Source of the DNA: an uncultured Gammaproteobacteria bacterium
GTDB taxonomy: Bacteria > Pseudomonadota > Gammaproteobacteria > SZUA-229
Assembly: GCA_963847575.1 (NCBI GenBank)
Contig: CAWKAL010000027.1
Span: forward strand, 1-61,145
Direction of reading: 5' to 3'
Length of the DNA stretch: 61,145 nucleotides
The position numbers and the translations under genes were made by a program. How positions within the stretch are numbered: the stretch's first letter is position 1; the number at the start of each line of letters is the position of its first letter. Below, piece after piece: positions 10,384-17,750 of the stretch. The notes beneath the pieces are model-generated. The model did not search any database. It was not told the origin of the DNA and saw nothing but the letters and a program-made list of their open reading frames with translations.

Positions 10384-11257
10384 CTACTGCTGTTCTCCAG
10401 CCTTACCCGCTTTCAGTATGAAAGTGGTGCCCCATGTATCGATGACAATACTACCCTCCAGTTGCGTATTGCCCTGAGCCACCAGGTCCTGCAAGGTATC
10501 GACCCGCCCGACTGATTCTGCCCATACGGCACGCGTAGCGGGCGAGTTCGCATAGTCCAGAACGCGCCTGCGTTGGCTGAGGAATTCGCTGTTCCACTCT
10601 TGTTCGCTGACTGTTGGATCATTCAGCACCGCGTTAGTCCGCTGGACAAGAGCGGGCAGCCCATCCGGATCGGGACCAAAGCCATGCTGAATCACAGTGT
10701 CATAAAGAATCAGCAACGTCAGTGGCTGTGTAGCTCCTAGCTTGCCGCTGTATTCAACCGCCCGATTGTAGTAAAGCGTATCAACCACCTCATCCTGGAT
10801 CTGATCGAAACAGCGCATCACCGGTGGCGATTTCCCACGCTGAACTCAGACCCGCCAGCGCACGGGTATCTGAACTTCCACTCCTGGCCAGTGACTTCAA
10901 TGACTTCAGAAACGGCTCCAGCACATTGCCGGGTGCCTGTTTGCTGTACAGCAATACCACTTCGTACATATCACCCGTGGCCGACGTAAAACCTGCTCGC
11001 CCGGCTGTAATACCTCGGCCGTCATCCAGCTCCTCTGCATAACCGTACTGCAAAACAGGTGTATTGTTCTCGAACACACTGATTATCTGGTCGGCAATCT
11101 GGCGCTGCGTCTCGGTAAACCGTACGCCCGGTGGACTCATCTCACTCGAGCATGCCGTACTTGCATACACGGCCAGCAGCACTGCGATAATACAAGCAAC
11201 CGTTCTGATTGAAGTTTCCCTGACCAGGAAACTTCCGAGCGAGAAACCCGAAGCCAT
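10384..11257 (-). pseudogene. GH46-type chitosanase (lipoprotein), one frameshift near 10805-10830
   Basis: N-part: FENNTPVLQYGYAEELDDGRGITAGRAGFTSATGDMYEVV. C-part: LYYNRAVEYSG..LILYDTVIQHGFGPDPDGLPALVQRTN ... RVDTLQDLV. These are colinear with the GH46 chitosanase core as I remember it. Signal with Cys (YASTAC). Confidence 0.75.
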
Positions 11258-11264
11258 TTGATTC

Positions 11265-12221
11265 TTATCGCTCGGAATCGATATCGGCAATTTCAATACT
11301 CTCGGGTGCAGGACTGGTAAGCACAGAACGAGTCAGCACCCCACCCTCGCCAACCTCGAGCAACACCGGGGCATAACGAGCATATAGCCCGGCATCCGCC
11401 GGTTTACCGGTGATAACGGCATCCCTGAATCGCCACCAATCGGCCATGCTGCCGACGGTGTCCACATACACCTCGTCATCCTCAGAGACGGTTCTAGCCA
11501 GATACTTTGTCACCTCGAACAGCTCTATCTGATCCATGAACTGTGTATGCAAACTAAAGCTGAACAAGCTATGTGCTTCCCGAATCCAGTCCAGTTCATC
11601 CTGCATGCGGGCAATCGACTTTTTCTTGCCGAGTTTCAGATCGTGCCACAGGTAGAAATCATCGGTGATGCCACGAGGAAACGACACGATGGATTTGTCA
11701 TGCCCCACCGCTCGCTTGATATGTGGTACCTGTGTCACCGTGGAGTTTTCGGCAAACAGGTGCGTCAGGCCGACATTCGCCATGGCCGAAAGAGTATTGG
11801 CGTCATGCGCCTCGGTTGGTGGCCTGAAGCCTGTGGGAACTTGTCCGGTGATTTCCGCAACTACCTTCATGCAGCGCGCCAGTCGCTCTACCTGCCCCTC
11901 CAGCGAATAGCGGGGCATGATGTCATGACTGTCACCGTGACAGGCCATTTCACCGGTCCTGGCCAGTTCACGGGTAATGGCTCGATTGTTGTTGGCCAGG
12001 TTCGACAACACATACCATGTAATCGGCAGTCCCAGTTCACCAAAGAAATCGGATACCTCCCTGGCATTTTGATAACCATCCTCGGTATCTTCTTCAAAGA
12101 AGGCGGCGTAACGTCGTCCCTCGGGCCACGTGGCTAATCCACTGAACTGCTGCTCGGTACCATAACGCACGATACCCGCCAGCAGGCTATCGAAACGTGC
12201 TTTTTCATCACCCTCCATCAT
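11265..12221 (-). CDS. polysaccharide deacetylase (NodB-homology) family protein
   Basis: 318 aa. MACHGDSHD (HxxxH-type metal motif), FRPPTEAHD, an acidic EEDTEDG segment in place of TFDD. No signal peptide is visible. Confidence 0.7.
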   Translation of the reverse strand: MMEGDEKARFDSLLAGIVRYGTEQQFSGLATWPEGRRYAAFFEEDTEDGYQNAREVSDFFGELGLPITWYVLSNLANNNRAITRELARTGEMACHGDSHDIMPRYSLEGQVERLARCMKVVAEITGQVPTGFRPPTEAHDANTLSAMANVGLTHLFAENSTVTQVPHIKRAVGHDKSIVSFPRGITDDFYLWHDLKLGKKKSIARMQDELDWIREAHSLFSFSLHTQFMDQIELFEVTKYLARTVSEDDEVYVDTVGSMADWWRFRDAVITGKPADAGLYARYAPVLLEVGEGGVLTRSVLTSPAPESIEIADIDSER

Positions 12222-12457
12222 CGTGCGAAGGGTTCACACGCTAACTCCTGAGACCTACAAAGGGGCCGCCAATTGCATCCAGCGCACGGCACAGGTGCGA
12301 CAGATTGCGGGTTACTGTGCTTCGATTCTCCCCGATAGGGATGAAACCCGGGGTAGCTGCCGTCGGGGTCTCGTTTGATCTTGGCTTGGCGGCGGTGGCG
12401 GATGAGCCGACTGGCGGCGGCTATGTCGTTGTCGTTTACAAAACAAGCGTCTGGCAT
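12218..12457 (-). CDS. hypothetical small basic protein
   Basis: AGGAGG lies 6 nt upstream of the ATG at 12457 (MPDACFVNDNDIAAASRLIRHRRQAKIKRDPDG...). The stop overlaps the deacetylase start in an ATGA. Confidence 0.3.
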   Translation of the reverse strand: MPDACFVNDNDIAAASRLIRHRRQAKIKRDPDGSYPGFHPYRGESKHSNPQSVAPVPCAGCNWRPLCRSQELACEPFAR

Positions 12458-12544
12458 GTGGGCCTCCTGAGTCTCTTGTGCCGACGCCATTCGTCAGCTA
12501 CATTCGAACGTCACGGACTCCCGTACCCTAATCAGAATCTCAAC

Positions 12545-12570
12545 GCCCTCGTTTTCGAGGGCTTCTTTTT
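12545..12570. terminator. GC hairpin with T tract (orientation ambiguous)
   Basis: GCCCTCG-TTTT-CGAGGGC followed by TTCTTTTT on the plus strand. It sits immediately 3' of the minus-strand ORF ending at 12572. Confidence 0.35.
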
Positions 12571-12571
12571 G

Positions 12572-12905
12572 TCAGCCAGCTGCAGCGATCACGTTAGCCA
12601 GCGCGACGTGCTTATGTTCACCGATCTTTGCTCTTGCCGTCAGCATCAACACGGCAAAGGCCGAATGCTCGTCACCGAAGACTTCCAACAGGTTGTTCTG
12701 AGTCTCTTCGTCCAGCTTGGGCATGCTGCGGTTCAGAACAGTGACGCATGCGCGCACGACCTCCATGTCATGCTCGAGCATGTTCGCCACACTTGGAGAG
12801 AGCCCGAAGTGCGTCAGTGGCTGAGATGAACGGGTCGTTGTCAGCAGCTGGCGGTGGTGGGCTCACTGTCGGACGCAGCTCAAAGACGTTGCTCGTGGTG
12901 TTCAT
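12572..12905 (-). pseudogene. hypothetical protein, frameshifted near 12775-12790
   Basis: AGGAG lies 8 nt upstream of the ATG at 12905 (MNTTSNVFELRPTVSPPPPAADNDPFISATDALRAL). The reading continues in ORF 12572-12790 (ANMLEHDMEVVRACVTVLNRSMPKLDEE...). Confidence 0.35.
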
Positions 12906-12930
12906 TGTTGTGCTCCTGAAAGTAGTGTTC

Positions 12931-13222
12931 TTATTTGGGTTCTTCTTTTCTCTGTGCTCGTAAAGCACATACGACGACTGCGAGTAAAGCAGTGCTAACT
13001 CCCAAATGCTCCATGCCTCCTTGGCCAAGCCCTCCACCGTCATTTCCTCGAGAACGTCGTCGCAGCAAAGAAGTAGCTTTGTGACTCGATCACGAAGCTC
13101 ATACATATTATTGCTCAACCCCGACATTTCATAGATTCCGAGTCCCAATTCCCTCGCAGGCTCCGCAGATAGGCGTCGATGTTGACAAGCCCCTCACAGG
13201 CGCCCAACAGCTCGTTGACCAT
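12931..13222 (-). pseudogene. hypothetical protein, frameshifted; ends uncertain
   Basis: ATG at 13222 (MVNELLGACEGLVNIDAYLRSLRG) slips into the frame of ORF 12768-13148 (LGLGIYEMSGLSNNMYELRDRVTKLLLCCDDVLEEM...). An alternative-frame TAA lies at 12931. Confidence 0.25.
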
Positions 13223-13337
13223 CTTGCGACCCCTTAGCGAAATTGAAGACTGTAAAGCCCCTCCGCGATCCAAAGCAGTCGAAGTTCAATGCTGTCGCCG
13301 GGTGTGTCTACCTGCAGCGGCTTGGTTGCGATTGCGC

Positions 13338-13836
13338 TCACGGCGTACCTCCGTTCTCAATAATAGGTTGTTCCGTTGCCGCTGACGATAACAAAGTCAA
13401 CTGCTCGATGGCCTCCCACGGCGTGGTATCGGGAAAACGCACCTGCAGCATAGCCAAGGGCACTTTCATTCGTCGGGGGGCAAGTCCGATGAAGACACTC
13501 CAGTCCTCTTTCAACCCGTTGTGCCACTCCTCAAGCACGGCCTCGACGTCCTCCTCACTGCCCTCAAACTGCCAGATGCCCAGCTCTCTGACACGTACCT
13601 GGGCTCTGCGCTCCCGATGCTTGGTTGAATGCCGACACGCCCTGTAGGCGCCTCTTAGCGACTGCCACGCTTGCGCAGGCAGGCTATCTACCCAGTCAGC
13701 AACAGCAGAGGCGTCATCCCAGCGTGCTCGCGCAGACCCGCCAAGACCGAGACACCACGTCCGTGCTGGATGTGCCGTCATTGATTGCTTGGCTGAGCAG
13801 GTCGATTGCGTCCTGGATGCGGTTGTCTGTTCCCAT
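13338..13836 (-). pseudogene. hypothetical protein (about 166 aa), frameshifted near 13750
   Basis: Strong RBS AAAGGAGACGATC-ATG at 13836 (MGTDNRIQDAIDLLSQAINDGTSSTDVV). The reading continues in ORF 13338-13781 (..WDDASAVADWVDSLPAQAW...IWQFEGSEEDVEAVLEEWHNGL). Confidence 0.35.
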
Positions 13837-13847
13837 GATCGTCTCCT

Positions 13848-14182
13848 TTAAAGTCTGAGCTGTTTCGCGGCAGCATGGGTTTGTTGGGTGATGTAGTCGC
13901 CCAGCGACTGGCCGTTCTTCTTGGCGACGTCTCTCAGTCGCTCAGCGGCGTTGGCGCTCAAGCTGGCACTGACCATCCCAGTGCGTGGCCCCGAGGGCAC
14001 CTTTACCACGCCTTTCTCGAGCACAAACTCGTATGCCCACAGCCGAAGCATGTCAGGCATTGTGATGCCGCGTGCCTCGGCGACAGCAGCCAGTAGGTCG
14101 GCGGTGCGTTCAGTGACCCGTGCCGACACCGTGGTGTCACGTTTCTCGCGAATGAGTTGGACGCGATCGCTAGCGGGTCCAT
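13848..14182 (-). pseudogene. tandem ribbon-helix-helix (CopG/Arc-like) DNA-binding protein, frameshifted near its 5' end
   Basis: Two beta-strand-plus-helix units: TTVSARVTERTADLLAAVAEARGITMPDMLRL and GMVSASLSANAAERLRDVAKKNGQSLGDYITQ. The ATG at 14182 is coupled (TGATG) to a 37-codon upstream ORF. The track ORF uses the GTG at 14129. Confidence 0.5.
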
Positions 14183-14275
14183 CAGTCCTCCTCGGCGGCC
14201 ATCATCACCAGAGACATTCGGGCAAGCTCTGCCCGGGCGGCTTCTTCGGCGGCTTCGCCTACTGTCTTCGCGGCA

Positions 14276-14476
14276 TTATCCAGCTGGAACCCCATCACGC
14301 TTACCCCCACTGCCGCGTTTTCGGCCGTAACGGTCGCTCCATGCTTGGTTGATCATTTGTTCAACCAGATCGGCTTGGGACATGTCGCCGCGTTCGGCCA
14401 GTTTTCTGGCTTTTTCAGCGTGCTCCGGTGAAATTTTTGTATTGAACGCCCGGGTGCGTATGGCCTTTCTAGGCAT
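14276..14476 (-). CDS. ribbon-helix-helix (CopG/MetJ/Arc-type) regulator
   Basis: 66 aa: RAFNTKISPEHAEKARKLAERGDMSQADLVEQMINQAW. First gene of the leftward operon, directly abutting the operator region. Confidence 0.55.
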   Translation of the reverse strand: MPRKAIRTRAFNTKISPEHAEKARKLAERGDMSQADLVEQMINQAWSDRYGRKRGSGGKRDGVPAG

Positions 14477-14494
14477 TGGGTTTCCCTTCGTGTT

Positions 14495-14580
14495 GTGTCT
14501 AGTAGATATGCTAGCACTATTTTTCGCAAATCGATGTGCTTCTTATTGACTGCTAGCAGAATCGCTAGTATTGTAGTCAG
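14495..14580. promoter_or_regulatory. divergent switch region: sigma70-like promoter with palindromic operators
   Basis: TTGACT (14546-14551), a 17-nt spacer, then TATTGT (14569-14574) reading rightward. The perfect 8-bp palindrome TGCTAGCA occurs twice (14509-14516 and 14551-14558), plus CGCTAGTA within the spacer. Confidence 0.45.
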
Positions 14581-14604
14581 GCAATCGCATTAGGAGACCG
14601 CGAA

Positions 14605-14900
14605 ATGCCAACTGTAACTCACGACTATCACATGACGCTGGCCGAGGTGGCCCGAGAAATCGGTGTCAGCCCAGCACGTGTGGGCAAATCGAACGGGTCG
14701 CACTGAACAAACTGCGCATCAACGCGAGGGCGCTTGGCCTCCATGTTGAGGATGTGTTCCTCGAACTCGGCCGCGAAAACGGGGGGTTCGATACGAGCAC
14801 TAAGCAACGCATGCTTCTTATTGATGCACTCATCGTTGCCGCACAAGCGATGCTGCTTGCAGCGGCGTACTTCGCCGGCTTCCACGCTGCATTGAATTGA
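14605..14900 (+). pseudogene. sigma-70 region-4-like HTH protein, frameshifted near 14685
   Basis: AGGAGA RBS 7 nt upstream. MTLAEVAREIGVSPARVG, then in the next frame QIERVALNKLRINARAL, which together form the classical region-4 HTH signature. The antisense 85-aa ORF is judged spurious. Confidence 0.45.
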
Positions 14901-14927
14901 GCCCGACTACTCAAAAGGAGACCGAAA

Positions 14928-15164
14928 ATGATTTCTGAAAAAGCACTGGTTGCCCGTATCAACCGCCGACTGGCGCATCGAGGGTTGTGCTTGCGCAAAA
15001 TGCGCTGGCCGACCACCAACGAGCTCGGCGAGTTCGTGCTGGTAGATACCTACACAAACGCCATTCAAGAAACTCATCAAGACCTGTCTTACCTGGCGAA
15101 GACCGAGCACGTATTCAGCACTCGCGATTTGCTACTCGGCAAGAACGAAGGGTGGCGCTGTTAG
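14928..15164 (+). CDS. hypothetical protein (78 aa)
   Basis: GGAGACCGAAA-ATG RBS, nearly identical to that of the preceding gene. Same-strand operon position. Confidence 0.45.
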   Translation: MISEKALVARINRRLAHRGLCLRKMRWPTTNELGEFVLVDTYTNAIQETHQDLSYLAKTEHVFSTRDLLLGKNEGWRC

Positions 15165-15204
15165 AGTCCGTCAAATCGACGGGCACTGGCCCAAGGAGGG
15201 TCTG

Positions 15205-16068
15205 ATGAAAAAGACAACACGGGTACGCGGGTTCGCTGATTGGAAGCCGACGGCTGCTTCAATTGAGGTGGTGGAGCAGATCGACAATGTCCTGGCCCAA
15301 TACCAGCAGCACTTGCCACTGACGCTCCGGCAGGTTTTCTATCGGCTGGTCGGTACTGTTGGCTACGCCAAGACGGAGAAGGCGTACAAAACAGCTCGGC
15401 GAGAAGGCCAAGCGGGGGCGGCGGGCGGGGATGATCGCCATGGACAGCTTGCGTGACGACGGTGTATTGCGCCATGGCGTGACTGCATTCGATTCCGAAG
15501 ACGCTTTCCTGGCCAGCATCAAGCAGCAGGCTGCTGACTTCCGTCTCGACCGGCAAGCCGGACAGGCACAACGCCTCTATTAAGTATGCGAGGCCGGCGG
15601 CATGGTGCCGCAGCTCGCCAGCGTGGGGGCTGACTATGGTGTGGACGCCGTCTCGACCAGCGGTTTCGACTCCGTGACGTTCAAGCACAACCTCAGTCTT
15701 GAGGCCGAGCGGTTGATTATCCTGCACGTGGGCGACCACGACCCGTCTGGGGTGCTATCGCCAGCTCACTGGGTGAGGATGTCGCGGCGTTCGGGCTGGC
15801 CTACGGGCACGACATCACCCTGGAACGGGTAGCTGTCCTGCCGGCCCACATCACCACTTACGGGCTGCCCACGGCGCCGCCCAAAAAGACTGACAAGCGG
15901 GCTTTCGCTGGCAACCAGACGGTGCAGGCTGAAGCCCTGGACCCCGGTGTGCTGGCGCAGCTCGTTGAAGACGCCATCGTGCGGCACATTGATGAGGGGA
16001 TACGCCTTGGCGTAATCGCTGATGAGGCACAGATACGGACCGATCTGATTCGCCGAATAGGCAAGTAG
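15205..16068 (+). pseudogene. winged-helix + Toprim protein (TopoVI-A/Spo11/JetD-CTD-like), with two frameshifts and one in-frame TAA
   Basis: AGGAGGG RBS. N-terminus LPLTLRQVFYRLVGTVGYAKTEKAYK (candidate 5Y-CAP tyrosine). Toprim Glu in VCEAGGM and DxD in ILHVGDHDPSG. C-terminus YGLPTAPPKKTDKRAFAGNQTVQAEALDP. Slips lie near 15385-15395 and at the G4 run 15749-15752. TAA at 15581-15583. Confidence 0.45.
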
Positions 16069-16287
16069 TAAACACTTATTCATGCCCGTTTTATGTACGG
16101 CGGGCACTGCTCAAATACGTGTGTACGTTATGAGTATAACTTACTCATTTCACCCCATTCTGCATGCGCTGAAACGCTATTCATTGCTGTGAAGGTGTTA
16201 CCAGGAAGAAGTGCTTGGGACAAGTCAATTAGTGTGCTACAAAAGATTCAGAGGCTATCGGTTGAGAACATTCTCGAGAGGACAGAC

Positions 16288-16595
16288 ATGAGCAACGAAC
16301 TGCCTAGTTCAATCGCATCGCGGTTCTGGAAGGCGGCACTGGATTCGCTGTGGACGCGCGCGAGGAGACCGCAGTCATTTTGATCCGCAACGTTCTCTGG
16401 CTCAGCAAACAGAAGCTGCCAGCCGCACGCTATGCCGCCAACGGCCGCATCATGTATTCCGGCCGCACGATCCAACACGTTTTTAATCGCATGAACGCCG
16501 GCAAGCTCGATACGCTGCATACGGCCGAGTTGGGCGACGAAATCATCGAGTCGCCAAGCCGCGTAGAACCCGCTGGCCGCGAAGAGGCCGCGTAA
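16288..16595 (+). pseudogene. hypothetical protein, frameshifted near 16365 (strand assignment uncertain)
   Basis: GAGAGGA RBS before the ATG at 16288 (MSNELPSSIASRFWKAALDSLW). It continues in ORF 16350-16595. A 136-aa antisense ORF (16248-16658) competes with it. Confidence 0.25.
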
Positions 16596-16772
16596 TGGAT
16601 TTCCTGTCCCGGGGACGCCGGGCAGTAATGCCTGCGGAGCAAGCAGCGTGAGCTGCACGCCGATGAAGCAGGGGAAGATTCTCGCGCCGTTTAGGCGGGG
16701 AAGGAGTCAAGTATCGATGAGAACGCATGAGGAAATTGTGCGCCGCGTCTGCGGCATTGGGGGGTGGAGAGC

Positions 16773-17301
16773 ATGAAGGTTTATCTGGCCGGGAAAGTTG
16801 ATAAGGCCGGCACTCGCGACGAACCCTCCTGTGGCAGCAAGTGGGACGTGATTGAGCCGCTGGCTGAGTATCATCAGTTCGTTGCTGTGGATGGTGGTGA
16901 GGACTTCCAGCCAGAACACTGCGGCGGTTCCAGCTATAAGGAGGCGTGGCTCGAGGTGTCTCTTGACCCAGGCAATACAAACCCCGAGCCGGCTTTTGCA
17001 TCCGAGAAAGCAGTTGAAAGTACTGGCCGCCTGCGATGCACTGGTCGCCTACCTGGACACGCCTGACTCGTATGGCTCAGTTGCAGAGATCGCATGGGCT
17101 GCTGCAAAAGGGCTTCCCTGTTTGGTCGTGCTACGAGGGGTTCGTGCGGGTGTGAAGTCGCATGATGAGCAGATGGCAGATGCCTACTGGTTCGTTGCGC
17201 AGTTGCCGCATGTGGACGCCGAGGTAGTGGAGAACCGTGACGAGACCGTGGGCGTGATCGCGCGGTTCCTGTCTGCAGTCAAGAGAGAGGCAGCGGCGTG
17301 A
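16773..17301 (+). pseudogene. nucleoside 2-deoxyribosyltransferase-like (SLOG-superfamily) protein, frameshifted near 17000
   Basis: MKVYLAGKV... N-terminus, and ACDALVAYLDTPDSYGSVAEIAWAAAKGLPCLVVL (the family's Glu-containing motif) in the second frame. Confidence 0.5.
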
Positions 17302-17750
17302 GAAGCCAAACATCCCAGCGTAGCCCGCTTTTTGAGGGCACGGGCAGTGCCGAAGTGGAGCGGCTGAATGATGCCATCCTCACAGGGAGTGCTGAGGAAA
17401 TCGAATAAGCAGCGGCATAAGCCGCACAAAATAAGACCCTGCCAAAGTAGCGGGGTCGAGGATAAATACACAGCAACTGTGCAACCAAGCGTGGGGCACC
17501 AGCCGGAAGCGCATCTTTAGGAGCAATGAAATCAAACAGTTTTACTACTCAGGCGTTTCAGGCCAAAAACGATGCATTTCCATTGTAGCCCGATTCGCCT
17601 CTCGACCAAAGTTTTAGAGGTGATTTCATGTCCACACCATTCGGTCCAGACGACCTTAACCAGAAAGAACTGGCAGCCGCACGCGGCGTAAAGCAAGGCC
17701 AGCTGCAGAAGAAGCAGTCATGAGGTTTTGTCGAGTTCAAGCCTGACGAC

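Noticed and set aside
12305-12829. 174-aa plus-strand ORF at the left end of the island
   Set aside because: It runs straight through a strong hairpin/T-tract and is antisense to RBS-preceded minus-strand ORFs. It is probably a GC-driven open frame.
14628-14885. 85-aa minus-strand ORF in the island switch region
   Set aside because: It is antisense to a plus-strand gene that has a promoter, an AGGAGA RBS and a recognisable sigma-region-4 HTH (once one frameshift is allowed). Long antisense ORFs are expected in DNA of 65% GC or more.
16248-16658. 136-aa minus-strand ORF inside the rightward island operon
   Set aside because: It has no RBS or recognisable motif. It opposes the direction of all flanking genes and overlaps a plus-strand frame that has an RBS. 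It is kept only as an alternative to the low-confidence plus-strand call.
17628-17750. In-frame TGA (17719-17721) between a 30-codon ORF and the primase frame, considered as read-through or selenocysteine
   Set aside because: I could see no SECIS-like hairpin downstream. An internal GTG (17742) or ATG (17751) start is the simpler explanation. It is mentioned within the primase finding only.
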